From Escherichia phage ECP2301, in sequence record OR880646.1: 64,000 bases of DNA; one strand, written 5' to 3'. A model generated the notes under the pieces. It did not search any database. It had not been told where the DNA came from and saw only the letters and a program-made list of their open reading frames with translations. The translations under genes and the position numbers were made by a program. Shown piece by piece: positions 1-9,966 of this stretch; position 1 is the stretch's first letter; every line of letters starts with the position of its first letter.

Positions 1-804
1 AATTAAAAATGCTTCTTGACCGATTTTATTAAATGCATCAGTCGGGTCTTCATCCAAAACAATATTAACTAATCTTTCATTAGCTTCTTCTATTTCCGAT
101 TTTAACGTTCTAGCTTCTTTTGCCAAATCATCATACATATTCTGCAGACGAGTAAGGTTATCACCAGTTAATTTTTTCTGGCGTTCAACGTTATCATTAT
201 ATATTTTAATTTGTTGGATAATACTATCTTTTTTAACATCAAGCACTTGGTTTTGTGAATTTAATTCACGTATTAGTGCTTTATTAAGCTTATCCATTTC
301 AGCTAATGTTCCTACCTCGAGCAGGTCTTCCACAAGCTTTCTTCGTGCAGGGGTCGACAAACCCATGAAAGGGGTATACCCTGCTGTACCAAGGACAACA
401 ATCTGCTTGAAACTGGCATATGACATTCCGATAAGCTGTTCAAATTCTGCTTGGAAATCTTTACTGCTGGCAGATTCATTAAGACGTGTACCGTTAACGG
501 TGATTTCGAAAACGTTTGGTTTTTGTCCTCTTTTGATATAGTACTTTTTCTCATCATATTCCATCCACAATTCAACTAAAAGTTCTTTCTTATTCGTGCT
601 GTTTATTAATTGACCTTTCTTTACATCACGGAATGGCTTGCCAAAAAGCCCAAATGTGATGGCTTCTAACATAGTAGACTTACCACCGCCATTTCGTCCA
701 GTAATAAGAGTTTTTTGAACCTTATCTAGTTGAATGTCAATAGGATTTCCACCTACTGACATTATATTTTGATACCTAACTCGGTTTAGTTTAAAATTCT
801 TCAC
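1..804 (-). CDS. 46: recombination nuclease subunit gp46 (Rad50/SbcC-like ATPase); C-terminal part cut by window edge
   Basis: Minus frame open from base 1 to probable GTG start at 802-804 (AAGGAA upstream); N-terminus VKNFKLNRVRYQNIMSVGG...GRNGGGKST (Walker A) matches T4 gp46 from memory. Confidence 0.85.
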   Translation of the reverse strand, partial: MKNFKLNRVRYQNIMSVGGNPIDIQLDKVQKTLITGRNGGGKSTMLEAITFGLFGKPFRDVKKGQLINSTNKKELLVELWMEYDEKKYYIKRGQKPNVFEITVNGTRLNESASSKDFQAEFEQLIGMSYASFKQIVVLGTAGYTPFMGLSTPARRKLVEDLLEVGTLAEMDKLNKALIRELNSQNQVLDVKKDSIIQQIKIYNDNVERQKKLTGDNLTRLQNMYDDLAKEARTLKSEIEEANERLVNIVLDEDPTDAFNKIGQEAFLI

Positions 805-1064
805 AAAAGATTCCTTTTAATGTATCTTTTAGACCATTCTATCATATCATCATAATCTAAAAAGTATTCATCAAATTCAGCCATGCAAACAACGCCTTGT
901 GCTGCTTTTGATGTGATATAAATTATTCCAACATATCTAGAATCTTCTTCGGTGTAATCAATATTTGCTACGAATTCATCGTTAATGTCAAATGTCGAAA
1001 ACTTCACAGTATGCATCCTTAATACAAGATACAGCCATATCTTGTAATGATTTAGGTGTATCAT
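801..1064 (-). CDS. small hypothetical protein (46.1-like position)
   Basis: 87-aa ORF between 46 and 47; true start may be internal (overlaps next ORF). Confidence 0.4.
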   Translation of the reverse strand: MIHLNHYKIWLYLVLRMHTVKFSTFDINDEFVANIDYTEEDSRYVGIIYITSKAAQGVVCMAEFDEYFLDYDDMIEWSKRYIKRNLL

Positions 1065-1251
1065 TATCTAAAATGTTGAAGTTAAAAGATACAGCCCAGT
1101 CAGTGCAGACCGTAACCTTTTTAATACAATTATCTTCAACCTCTAGCGGTTCAAACCAATATTCAATAATTTCTTTATGCCCAATATCATCTTTTACTTC
1201 GCATTCAAAATGCTGACTCATCATAACATTTTTAAATTCATCAAAAGTCAT
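988..1251 (-). CDS. small hypothetical protein (46.2-like position)
   Basis: 87-aa ORF immediately downstream of gene 47, stop/start junction with 47. Confidence 0.45.
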   Translation of the reverse strand: MTFDEFKNVMMSQHFECEVKDDIGHKEIIEYWFEPLEVEDNCIKKVTVCTDWAVSFNFNILDNDTPKSLQDMAVSCIKDAYCEVFDI

Positions 1252-2267
1252 TGTGTTGCCTCTACATATAACTGATTTGCATATTGAATAAGTGCTTCGC
1301 GGTCAGAATCAGTGATGTCTGGAATTGCATTAATGTATTCTTCCATCAACGTCTGAAGAGATTGAACTTCAACTTCTTCACTATCATCTGACTCGACAGA
1401 GTTATCAATCTTTGACACAACTCGTAATGAATGCACAACTTTTTCTAGTTCAGATTCGAACTTCGTTAGATTTTTGTCTACTTCAGTTACTATAACACGT
1501 ACTGATAGATTTGTAAAATCTTTATAGTCAATTTTTCCCTTAAATGGATATTGAATTCGACGATGCCAGGTGGTGTTGTTTGGAATAAATTCCATTCGTT
1601 CTGTTTCTGTATCAAACATCCAGAACCCACGAGGGTCATTCTCGTCACCTGCAGTTAGTGTCCATGGTGTCCCAATATATCTGACGTTAGCAGCCTCAGA
1701 GATAGTATGGAAGTGACCAGACCACACCTCTTTATAAGTCTTAAGGAAATCAGGTTCAAGACCGTGAGATTTCATTCCTTTATAAAAATAAAATCCATTC
1801 AGTTCCCAGTGACCAACACAAAAAGAAGCAGATGAAGTTTTAATGTGTTCAAGAATTTCACCAGTATTTTCTTCACACATCCAAGGAATTAAATCAATCA
1901 AACATCCGTCAAAATCTACTGTAGTAGGCTTATCATATACTTTAACATTAGGATATTTAGCCAAAAGTTCAGTAGAAGCATTTGGAGTTAAAGTATTTTT
2001 AAAGTGCATATCATGGTTTCCTACAACAGTATGTAGGGTAATACCAGCATCATCAAGCATTTGAACTATTTCACGAGCGAACTCCATAGTTTTATGCGTG
2101 ATTGCTTTTCGCACATCAAAAATATCGCCGTATTGAATCCATACAGTAATTCCATTTTTCTTAGAATATTCTATTGCTTGTTTAATTCCATCCAACTGAA
2201 TAGATTGAACCCACTCATCATCGGCTTTAACACCTAAATGCCAATCACCTAAATTTAAAATTTTCAT
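1248..2267 (-). CDS. 47: recombination endonuclease subunit gp47 (Mre11-like calcineurin-fold phosphoesterase)
   Basis: 339 aa; MKILNLGDWHLG...GNHD metallophosphatase motifs; size and N-terminus as T4 gp47. Confidence 0.92.
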   Translation of the reverse strand: MKILNLGDWHLGVKADDEWVQSIQLDGIKQAIEYSKKNGITVWIQYGDIFDVRKAITHKTMEFAREIVQMLDDAGITLHTVVGNHDMHFKNTLTPNASTELLAKYPNVKVYDKPTTVDFDGCLIDLIPWMCEENTGEILEHIKTSSASFCVGHWELNGFYFYKGMKSHGLEPDFLKTYKEVWSGHFHTISEAANVRYIGTPWTLTAGDENDPRGFWMFDTETERMEFIPNNTTWHRRIQYPFKGKIDYKDFTNLSVRVIVTEVDKNLTKFESELEKVVHSLRVVSKIDNSVESDDSEEVEVQSLQTLMEEYINAIPDITDSDREALIQYANQLYVEATQ

Positions 2268-2427
2268 ATATCAAGAACCGTCATTGAAATGCAAAATAAA
2301 ATTATTGAAATAAATCCGTCCGGAGTGCTAAAGAACCCAATCCAACATGCTCTGGTGAACAGATAAAACGCTAGAAAAAGTATCACATATCCAAGAAATA
2401 TCATTATATCAAACTCCGTATAAAGCT

Positions 2428-2449
2428 AAAGGGCCGAAGCCCTTTATTT
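2428..2449 (-). other. RNA hairpin with UUCG tetraloop (GGGC-UUCG-GCCC) between a-gt and 47
   Basis: Plus strand aaagggccgaagcccttt; on minus-strand RNA forms a GC stem with UUCG loop; no clean U-run. Confidence 0.5.
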
Positions 2450-3646
2450 TGTAATAATGTCAAACTGTTCTTTAAAGCAGAAGCTTGAATCTTGATGCTG
2501 ATACAAAAATTCATAAGCTTTTTCGCGTTCACGGTCATAAAGAGTTCGGTCAGATGACAGTTCTTTAATACGCTCAAATGTTGATTCCATGTCATTTTCA
2601 TCAAACCAAACGATACCGCTATCATGAGAAATTAACGGAGTATTATCAACGCGGAATTTTAAATTTTCGCCAGTAGATTTCCAAAATACTGGAATTGTTC
2701 CGCATGCACCAAGCTCGAGATGAGTATATTCTAAAGAACGTTGTAGATATTTTTTGTCCAACTTACTCAGCTGATAACCAAATCCAGATTTACTCATGCG
2801 TTCAAGCATTTCGCTATTTACATAACGGTCAAGAATTTGCGTTGGCAAATTAGGAGCAATTTTAATTTGGTCTACTTGATGAAGACGATAATACTCGTAT
2901 GGAATTCCTTTTTCTTTAATAGGAATGAACGCTGGAGAACGTTCCAGACCTTCCATAATAGTACTTAGTCCTGCAGGTTTAAGATGTTTTTCGTGAAAAT
3001 CAAACATCTGATAAAAACCTTTCCATGTAGTCGTACGACCAATCCAACGGTTGACATTCATGTTAATTTCAGAAACATCTTTCCAGTAGTTTGATCGAAC
3101 CTTCGCAATATCCATAGGAGGCTGAAAGTTGTATACAGTCGGTGCTTCTTCAATATCATCAAACAGAGAAACCGTTTCTGGATACCATTCTTTCATCAAA
3201 ACTTTATTAAAATCGCCATTATCAGAATGACTAAAAATAACATCAGCTCGACGAACAGTTTCTTCTAATCCCAAATTTCGGCGTAAAGAAAGAGAAGAAT
3301 GGTCATGTTGATAAACTACAACACGAACTGAAGGTTTAATGTTATCAATAATTTTTTTATAGTTATTAATAGTGTCTTCTTCGACTGAAGTAGCAGGAAC
3401 TGAATTGATAATTAGAATATCACAATCATTTACCAGCTTAAGTGTTTTATCGTATTCTTTTGCCAATAAAACCGGAATTGAAAATGATTTATAATCATGC
3501 GCGCAATTACGAGTAAATGATTTATCTTTAGCATAAACCAAAATTACTTCATGACCATTTTTAATAAACCAATCACGCTGCTCGAGAGAAAATTTAGTTA
3601 CACCGCAACCTTCAAGACCTCGAGCCATAAAAATGCATACTTTCAT
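2444..3646 (-). CDS. a-gt: DNA alpha-glucosyltransferase
   Basis: 400 aa, N-terminus MKVCIFMARGLEGCGVTKFSLEQRDWFIKNGHEV closely matches T4 AGT as recalled. Confidence 0.92.
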   Translation of the reverse strand: MKVCIFMARGLEGCGVTKFSLEQRDWFIKNGHEVILVYAKDKSFTRNCAHDYKSFSIPVLLAKEYDKTLKLVNDCDILIINSVPATSVEEDTINNYKKIIDNIKPSVRVVVYQHDHSSLSLRRNLGLEETVRRADVIFSHSDNGDFNKVLMKEWYPETVSLFDDIEEAPTVYNFQPPMDIAKVRSNYWKDVSEINMNVNRWIGRTTTWKGFYQMFDFHEKHLKPAGLSTIMEGLERSPAFIPIKEKGIPYEYYRLHQVDQIKIAPNLPTQILDRYVNSEMLERMSKSGFGYQLSKLDKKYLQRSLEYTHLELGACGTIPVFWKSTGENLKFRVDNTPLISHDSGIVWFDENDMESTFERIKELSSDRTLYDREREKAYEFLYQHQDSSFCFKEQFDIITK

Positions 3647-3692
3647 TTAATATCCTCATTGTTTTGGTTTATTTTACCAAAAATTTATAAAG

Positions 3693-3714
3693 CAATATAG
3701 GAGCCGAAGCTCCT
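3693..3714 (-). other. RNA hairpin with UUCG tetraloop upstream of a-gt
   Basis: Plus strand ataggagccgaagctcctat; minus RNA AUAGGAGC-UUCG-GCUCCUAU. Confidence 0.45.
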
Positions 3715-3889
3715 ATCCGCATAATACACCATACAGAGGCTCATTAGAGCTTCTAAATTTTATACGCTTATATGTTATAGTTCCTTCTGCTTTAGCTTTA
3801 TCATGAGACGCTTTAAAGCGTCTCATCATTTCTACTTTAGAGGAACGAATTTTATTATAATCTATTTCAGAAGTCTGGGTGTTCATCTT

Positions 3890-4096
3890 TCACAGCTGCC
3901 ACCATTTTTTGACTTGATAAGAATCAACCCACACTTTCATATTAGGGTCTGCTCTTACAATAGGAGGATTAACTTCTTTAATTGAACTATCATGGTATTC
4001 TTTTTCAGAAATTTTCACACAAAGATGACCATTCAAAGATTCAGTAAATCCTGCATTAATTTTAAGACGCTTGAATTTTACGTGTGTAAGCATCAA
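3890..4096 (-). CDS. small hypothetical protein
   Basis: 68-aa ORF in early minus-strand operon. Confidence 0.35.
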   Translation of the reverse strand: MMLTHVKFKRLKINAGFTESLNGHLCVKISEKEYHDSSIKEVNPPIVRADPNMKVWVDSYQVKKWWQL

Positions 4097-4379
4097 TCAT
4101 ATCCTCAATCTGCGATCTAGTAGTCTTCCAAAGAATACTAATGAGTTCATCGTTATATGGCTGTTTTAGAATATCCCGACTTTTCTTGATAGCATATTCG
4201 TATTGAGCAAAATTATTGTTTTCAGCTGCAATCTGAGCGTGCTTATAAAGACGGTTCAGTTCGCGTTTGTTTTTAGACAATAACTTATTTGCTTTTCTTT
4301 CTGCTTCAAGACGGTTCTTTTCTTCAATAGAAGAAATAAGCTTTTCCACTTCATCATTAATTTCGGGTTTATCAGTCAT
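4062..4379 (-). CDS. hypothetical protein (coiled-coil rich)
   Basis: 105-aa ORF, charged helical sequence, tightly packed with neighbours. Confidence 0.5.
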   Translation of the reverse strand: MTDKPEINDEVEKLISSIEEKNRLEAERKANKLLSKNKRELNRLYKHAQIAAENNNFAQYEYAIKKSRDILKQPYNDELISILWKTTRSQIEDMIDAYTRKIQAS

Positions 4380-4380
4380 A

Positions 4381-4599
4381 TTATTTCTCTAATATAAAAT
4401 AAAAATCATCATCTGTTAAATGATACCGATAGTTTAATTCTACACCATTAGATTTAAAAGCGGTATCATACGGATTTTCTGGATCAATATCAATGTCAAG
4501 AGCTAAAACTTCCCTGAGATACATTTTAAGTAAATAGGGAATAGCTTCAACTTCAGGTATTTCTTCCAAGAATCCGGAGAGGTTAATCGTTAGCCTCAT
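4381..4599 (-). CDS. small hypothetical protein
   Basis: 72-aa ORF, start overlaps end of gene 55. Confidence 0.5.
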
Positions 4600-5140
4600 A
4601 TAAAAAATCCAAACTAGGAGAATCGTCTACAACACTTTTCTTTTCAGCCCCCGGTGTTCTATAGGTTGATTCTTCGTAATGCGTCATTTTATCGTAGATG
4701 TCTTGAATAAAAGTTTCATCTACTAACGCAACCATATCGTCGTCACGACTGTCATAGACATTGTGAACGAAGTAACTGTATTTCTTTGCAACTTCCTTAC
4801 GTTCTTTTTTAATACGTTGGACGAATGCATTAAAACAAGCTTGAGTTATATATGCATGTGGGTTTTTATATTTCGTTTCATCAAAATTATGAAGCCCCTT
4901 AATAGAAGCTTCTATACCATCTGCAATCATTTCTTGTTTCCAGGATTGGGTGTATCCTGAAAAGTTGAAACGTTTAGATAAGCCTTCTGCAATAAGCATA
5001 ATGGCCAATCCGATAGTATCATTCTGACGAACTACTTTATTTGGGTCTTTATTATTTGCTAATTCTGTTTTCCAATCAATAATAGCTTGTAAAAGCTCTT
5101 TATTGTTTACGTAATTATATTTAGGCTTAGTTTCTGACAT
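4583..5140 (-). CDS. 55: late-transcription sigma factor gp55
   Basis: ORF track gives [26 protein letters not shown]; T4 gp55 begins [10 protein letters not shown] (185 aa), so start taken at second Met. Confidence 0.9.
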
Positions 5141-5218
5141 TTTCACCTCTTAGCTCAATTCATAGATCTATTATATCATAATATTTGAAGATCTATCTTA
5201 AAGCATAGAGGATATCAG

Positions 5219-5488
5219 TTATCTAAGTAAGCAGTATGCTTGGAACACTTTTTCCATCATCTTTTTAAATTCATGAATATCTATATAATGACTAGTTAAA
5301 TCAGCATGATATAAAAAGTCTAAAAACTTTTCATGTGTGCTAGCATATTCACTTTCATTTAATTCAGAAACATGGCTTTCCCAATATCCAACACCAGTCT
5401 TATTTGGGAAAAATGAAATTTTCATGTATTGATCAACATAGAAAATGCCATAATTTTCAATAGTAATAGAAATATTAATAAATTTCAT
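5219..5488 (-). CDS. hypothetical protein
   Basis: 89-aa ORF upstream of 55 in same orientation. Confidence 0.5.
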   Translation of the reverse strand: MKFINISITIENYGIFYVDQYMKISFFPNKTGVGYWESHVSELNESEYASTHEKFLDFLYHADLTSHYIDIHEFKKMMEKVFQAYCLLR

Positions 5489-5706
5489 ACATTCATCAAC
5501 TTAGCCGCTTCAAGAGCTGCATCTAGTGAATCAAACTGGTCAACGTATTCAATCAATTCGCCATAATTAGCGTATAACCACCATTGGCTAAATTCATACT
5601 CAAGGATGAATCCATTTCCTTCAATTTGAGTTAAACCAATGCCGTTTGTATTTACTTCATATCCGGCAAGACGCAAATCGTTAATAAGAGCTTCGTTCAT
5701 ATTCAT
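5485..5706 (-). CDS. hypothetical protein
   Basis: 73-aa ORF, stop/start overlap with neighbours. Confidence 0.5.
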   Translation of the reverse strand: MNMNEALINDLRLAGYEVNTNGIGLTQIEGNGFILEYEFSQWWLYANYGELIEYVDQFDSLDAALEAAKLMNV

Positions 5707-6029
5707 ACCTTAGCAATTTTCAGGTCAGCAAATTTTTTCTTGCGTTGATTTTTCATACGACGAATAGTTTTATCGGAAATTTCATGCTTTTGATAAGCTT
5801 TAGATTCTACACCAAAAGCTTTAACATCAAATTCTGACAAGATATATTGAACCAACAATTCACGAACAGTATTGCGTCCAATCTTCTGATCATTCTGTTT
5901 CATCGTCTGATGAAGCTCTTTTTCCCATTTATCCAAAATTTGAGGAGTTACAATATCGCCTTTTTCTAGCAAAGAAACTACTTTATCATATGCATAAGAA
6001 TTGATGGCGTTTTTAATTTGAATAGTCAT
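5703..6029 (-). CDS. hypothetical protein
   Basis: 108-aa ORF, basic C-terminus. Confidence 0.5.
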   Translation of the reverse strand: MTIQIKNAINSYAYDKVVSLLEKGDIVTPQILDKWEKELHQTMKQNDQKIGRNTVRELLVQYILSEFDVKAFGVESKAYQKHEISDKTIRRMKNQRKKKFADLKIAKV

Positions 6030-6067
6030 ACATTATCCTCAATTGCGTTAAAATTTTATTATCCAAA

Positions 6068-6090
6068 AAGGGCCGAAGCCCTTAGCTAAA
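6068..6090 (-). terminator. intrinsic terminator / stabilising hairpin (GGGC-UUCG-GCCC + U5)
   Basis: Plus aaaaagggccgaagccc; minus RNA GGGCUUCGGCCCUUUUU. Confidence 0.55.
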
Positions 6091-6282
6091 CTGTTTGGCA
6101 CCCTTCCAGCCTTCGTACATCATTGCGGCTGATATTAATATTGCTCCTGCGCATTTTGAATATTTGTGATTCCAAAACCAGTTTAGAAAAACTTCGTCAT
6201 CAATACCCTGGGCTATCATATTTTCAAAGAACTGGCGACGAGCTTCAGCAATTCGTTGCGATAATTTAGATTCAGGATTCAT
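6082..6282 (-). CDS. small hypothetical protein
   Basis: 66-aa ORF. Confidence 0.45.
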   Translation of the reverse strand: MNPESKLSQRIAEARRQFFENMIAQGIDDEVFLNWFWNHKYSKCAGAILISAAMMYEGWKGAKQFS

Positions 6283-6498
6283 TTAAATTTTCCAATTACC
6301 ATTTTCATCAATAAATTTAATCCAGTCATTTACTGACCACTTGGTCGTATCGCCTTTTGGAGCAACATTTAAAGTATATAATCCCTGTTTAAAAAGCATG
6401 CGTTTGATATTCATATTTTCCTCAGCTATAACGATAACACTCGTTTGATTTGCGCTTAGCAACTCGTTGAGAAGTATTATAATCAAAATCATCATCAA
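6283..6498 (-). CDS. small hypothetical protein
   Basis: 71-aa ORF; N-terminus is hydrophobic low complexity, true start may be internal Met (MNIKRMLF). Confidence 0.4.
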   Translation of the reverse strand: MMMILIIILLNELLSANQTSVIVIAEENMNIKRMLFKQGLYTLNVAPKGDTTKWSVNDWIKFIDENGNWKI

Positions 6499-6760
6499 TG
6501 TAAACTGATTTTTTCAACTTTCTTACTTCACCGCGTAATTGGCGATTTAGCTCATCTTTAACTTCTGAATCAATGCCTTTCATTCTACGCCATTTATCAG
6601 AGCGAAAAATGTTTTCAACCATATCTTTATGACTTACACCATCAGGAGCTTTACGCTTTCCGAAATAGTCATAATCACGAACTTTTAAGTCTTTACGACG
6701 ATACGTTTTACCCATGGAGTTTAATTTCCTTAGCAACTGAACTAAATACGGCACGATCAC
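6422..6760 (-). CDS. hypothetical basic protein
   Basis: 112-aa ORF rich in K/R; start possibly at internal Met. Confidence 0.45.
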   Translation of the reverse strand: MIVPYLVQLLRKLNSMGKTYRRKDLKVRDYDYFGKRKAPDGVSHKDMVENIFRSDKWRRMKGIDSEVKDELNRQLRGEVRKLKKSVYIDDDFDYNTSQRVAKRKSNECYRYS

Positions 6761-6909
6761 AAATCATCTGTTTATTCCATTTAAGTACAGTATAATGAAC
6801 ATCTAGATCATCTACTGCTGTAACAATAACAATATGTCCATTAACACGATAATACTGATCCCTTTTAATCTCTTTATCAACCATATCAAATCCTCAAAGG
6901 CAATTCATA

Positions 6910-6950
6910 TGTTAATAATACCACAGTTTGAACTTCTTGTAAACAACTTT
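6910..6950 (-). promoter_or_regulatory. early sigma70-type promoter (GTTTAC -35, TGgTATTAT -10)
   Basis: Minus-strand GTTTACa at 6939-6944 (plus gtaaac), 18-nt spacer, TGGTATTAT; member of recurring promoter family. Confidence 0.6.
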
Positions 6951-7017
6951 GTGAAAATTATTTTAGGGAACGATAAGAAGGGAACGATAGCTTAGAATGG
7001 TAATATACAGAATGTGA

Positions 7018-7040
7018 GAAAGAAAGGCCCAGAGGGCCCG
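7018..7040 (-). terminator. intrinsic terminator downstream of nrdH
   Basis: Plus aggcccagagggccc; minus RNA GGCCC-loop-GGGCC followed by U-rich tract. Confidence 0.5.
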
Positions 7041-7042
7041 TC

Positions 7043-7351
7043 TTAATCTTCTATGATATCTCTATCATATCCAAGTGAAATGAGAGTTTCTTTGAAGTGT
7101 TTAATGTTCTTTTGTCTAGAATCATTGATGAAAATGACTGGATAACGAATGTTAAGAGATGTGAATCCAGCGCGTTTAGCAAGAGATACAATCAGTGGAC
7201 GATCATACTCAATCTTACCATTATTTGTAAGAACTTTATAGAAAGTAAAAGGAGCATTGAGCTCCTTTAGAAGTTTTGTAACTGATTGACATCCAGGACA
7301 ACGACCTACTTCATCTGGAATTCCATAGACTTCAATCTTGTTTTGTTTCAC
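7043..7351 (-). CDS. nrdH: glutaredoxin-like protein NrdH
   Basis: 102 aa with CPGC redox motif; position next to nrdG/nrdD as in T4. Confidence 0.85.
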   Translation of the reverse strand: MKQNKIEVYGIPDEVGRCPGCQSVTKLLKELNAPFTFYKVLTNNGKIEYDRPLIVSLAKRAGFTSLNIRYPVIFINDSRQKNIKHFKETLISLGYDRDIIED

Positions 7352-7353
7352 AA

Positions 7354-7566
7354 CTATTCCTTACTAAGAGCAGCATTCAGCTTATTAGTAATTTTATCCA
7401 GACGCTCATTGAACTCGCTAGAAGACAGTCCTTTTTCTGGAGAAATCAAACTAATCACGAAAAATATAGCAATAAAAGGAATAAGAAAAATAGCTCCAAC
7501 TGCCATAAACAAAAAGAATGTTACAGTTGTAAGAAAATCAGCTAAACCTTTGCGAAATTTATACAT
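7354..7566 (-). CDS. small membrane protein
   Basis: 70-aa ORF with long hydrophobic segment (FFLFMAVGAIFLIPFIAIFFVISLI). Confidence 0.5.
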   Translation of the reverse strand: MYKFRKGLADFLTTVTFFLFMAVGAIFLIPFIAIFFVISLISPEKGLSSSEFNERLDKITNKLNAALSKE

Positions 7567-7681
7567 ATTTTACCCTTAATTGATTAACCAAGCATTGATA
7601 AGCACTAAACTATATTGCGAATAAAATTCTGGACCAAAATGAAAAATCATATCATTTATAGTGTCCATAATATAATTCAAT

Positions 7682-8152
7682 TTAATCATGTTTCCACACC
7701 CCATCGGTATTTGACCAAAGTCGCTGATTATCTGATCCTCGCCATAGCTTTTTGGTCGGAAGATTTTTCTCATACTTCCCATCAATAATAACATCAACAT
7801 ATTTAAGCATTTCTAGTTGTTTAATATCTTCAAATTTATATCCTGTCCACAACCAAATGCTTTTATTGGGATAAAGATTTTTTACTGTTTGAACAATGCA
7901 ATGAACAACATCTCTATTATCAGGATAGAGGGGGTCTCCCCCAGTTATAGTTAATCCTTCTATATAATCATTATTCAAACATTCAATTAATTGTTCCAGT
8001 GTTTCACCAGTGAATGGAACGCCATTTCTAGCGTTCCATGTTGATTTATTATAACACCCTTCGCATTTATGCAAACAACCTGTAACGAAAAGAACGACCC
8101 TGCATCCAGGGCCATTCACAAAATCGCAAGGATAAAATCTATCATAATTCAT
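7682..8152 (-). CDS. nrdG: anaerobic ribonucleotide reductase activating protein (radical SAM)
   Basis: 156 aa; CLHKCEGC radical-SAM cysteine cluster; overlaps nrdD stop. Confidence 0.9.
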   Translation of the reverse strand: MNYDRFYPCDFVNGPGCRVVLFVTGCLHKCEGCYNKSTWNARNGVPFTGETLEQLIECLNNDYIEGLTITGGDPLYPDNRDVVHCIVQTVKNLYPNKSIWLWTGYKFEDIKQLEMLKYVDVIIDGKYEKNLPTKKLWRGSDNQRLWSNTDGVWKHD

Positions 8153-9966
8153 TGGTGTTTAACCCTATGCATGATTTCTTTATTTTTGCCAAGATTAAAT
8201 CCACGTTCGTTCGGATTTCCCAAATAACCACAAGTTCTTCTTATTGTGTTCATCTTTTTAGGATCAGTTTCTCCACAAATAGAACAAACAAACCCGTTTT
8301 CAGTAGGAGTCATTTCATGGGTACTTCCACACGTAAAACATTTATCTACTGGCATATTAACGCCAAAATAATCTAAATGTTGTGCAGCATAATCCCATAC
8401 AGCCTCAAGACCCTTTAGGTTATTTTTCATATCAGGAAGTTCAACATAAGAAATGTGACCACCTGTCGCAATGAAATGATATGGTGCTTCGCGAGAAATC
8501 TTTTCAAACGGTGTGATATTTTCTTCTACTGAAACGTGGAAACTATTAGTGTACCAGCCTTTATCAGTAACATCTTTTACACTTCCATATTTTTCAGTAT
8601 CAAGTTTACAGAAGCGATAGCACAGGTTTTCAGCAGGAGTAGAATACAAGCTAAAAGCAAAACCGGTTCTTTCAGTCCACTGCTTAAGACGAGCATTCAT
8701 TTTAGTTAAAATTTCCTGTCCAATATCACGACCGACAAGAATATTCAATTCGTGAATACCAATGTATCCTAGGGACACTGAACTTCTACCGTTTTTAAAT
8801 AACTCAATTATGTCGTCATCGGGTTTAAGACGAACCCCGAATGCACCTTCTTGGTAAAGAATAGGAGCAACAGTCGCTTTAACTCCTTTTAAGGAACTAA
8901 TTCTACACATCAAAGCTTCAAAACACAAATCCATTCGTTCATTGAACAATTCGGCAAATTTCTGTTCATTGAATTGTGTTCCAATATAAGAATCTAACGC
9001 AATACGAGGAAGATTCAGTGTTACAACGCCAAGATTATTACGTCCATCAAGAATTTCATTACCAGTCGAATCTTTCCATACGCTTAAGAAACTACGGCAA
9101 CCCATTGGAGAAACAGGAATAGATGAACCGGTGATAGCTTTATTGTTCTTAGCTGAAATAATATCAGGATACATTCTTTTGCTTGCACACTCTAGAGCAA
9201 GCTGCTTAATATCATAGTTCGGATCGTCTTTATAAAGATTAACACCTTCTTCAACGAACATAACAAGCTTAGGGAAAATAGGAGTTATCCCATCGCGACC
9301 AAGGCCTTTAATGCGATTTTTCAGAATTGCTTTCTGAATCATTCGTTCAGTCCAGTCAGTTCCCGTACCAAATGTAATTGTTACAAAAGGCGTTTGTCCG
9401 TTTGAACTAAAGAGAGTATTTACTTCATATTCATAAGCTTGGAATGCGTCGTATACATCTTTTTCTGTTTTAGATTGGGCATAATTCAACGCATCAGCGA
9501 TTTGCCATTTTTCTGCATCCTCAATATGTTTTGCATAGGTGCGTTTAACATAAGGAGAAAGTACTTTATCTACATTCGCAAAAGTCGTTCCGCCATATTG
9601 ATGGGAAGCAACCTGTGCAGTAATTTGTGCCATAATTGCAGTAGCAACGCCGATTGATTTAGGAGTTTCAATCTGTGCATTACCGAGCTTAAATCCGTTT
9701 TCAAGCATTCCTTTTAAATCTACTAAACAGCAATTAGTAAATGGAAGAGCAGGGGAATAATCAATATCATGGAAATGGATAATTCCGCTTTCATGCGCTT
9801 TCATAATAAAAGACGGGACCATATTTTTGGCAATGTGTTTAGACACAATACCAGCCATAAGGTCCCGTTGAGTTGGAAAAACACGAGAATCTTTATTAGC
9901 ATTCTCGTTCAAAAGGTCTTTATTAGTTTTATGAATCAATCCTTCAATTTCTTTTTCAATTGTCAT
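8149..9966 (-). CDS. nrdD: anaerobic ribonucleoside-triphosphate reductase (class III, glycyl radical)
   Basis: 605 aa uninterrupted; C-terminal glycyl-radical motif RRTCGYLG; zinc-ribbon CxxC..CxxC. Confidence 0.93.
   Translation of the reverse strand: MTIEKEIEGLIHKTNKDLLNENANKDSRVFPTQRDLMAGIVSKHIAKNMVPSFIMKAHESGIIHFHDIDYSPALPFTNCCLVDLKGMLENGFKLGNAQIETPKSIGVATAIMAQITAQVASHQYGGTTFANVDKVLSPYVKRTYAKHIEDAEKWQIADALNYAQSKTEKDVYDAFQAYEYEVNTLFSSNGQTPFVTITFGTGTDWTERMIQKAILKNRIKGLGRDGITPIFPKLVMFVEEGVNLYKDDPNYDIKQLALECASKRMYPDIISAKNNKAITGSSIPVSPMGCRSFLSVWKDSTGNEILDGRNNLGVVTLNLPRIALDSYIGTQFNEQKFAELFNERMDLCFEALMCRISSLKGVKATVAPILYQEGAFGVRLKPDDDIIELFKNGRSSVSLGYIGIHELNILVGRDIGQEILTKMNARLKQWTERTGFAFSLYSTPAENLCYRFCKLDTEKYGSVKDVTDKGWYTNSFHVSVEENITPFEKISREAPYHFIATGGHISYVELPDMKNNLKGLEAVWDYAAQHLDYFGVNMPVDKCFTCGSTHEMTPTENGFVCSICGETDPKKMNTIRRTCGYLGNPNERGFNLGKNKEIMHRVKHQ

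Noticed and set aside
5160-5215. MotA-box-like TGCTTTA (minus strand) upstream of gene 55 as a middle promoter
   Set aside because: Spacing to the nearest good -10 (TATAAT) is about 22 nt rather than the expected 11-13, so I could not support a middle-promoter call.
7576-7800. 74-aa ORF overlapping the 3' end of nrdG
   Set aside because: It overlaps nrdG coding sequence in another frame and lacks an SD; most likely spurious.
992-9657. Plus-strand ORFs inside minus-strand early genes (e.g. 992-1216, 1843-2064, 7286-7579, 8152-8376, 9439-9657)
   Set aside because: They are antisense to strongly supported T4-homologous genes, low complexity and without SD sequences; typical AT-rich antisense artefacts.
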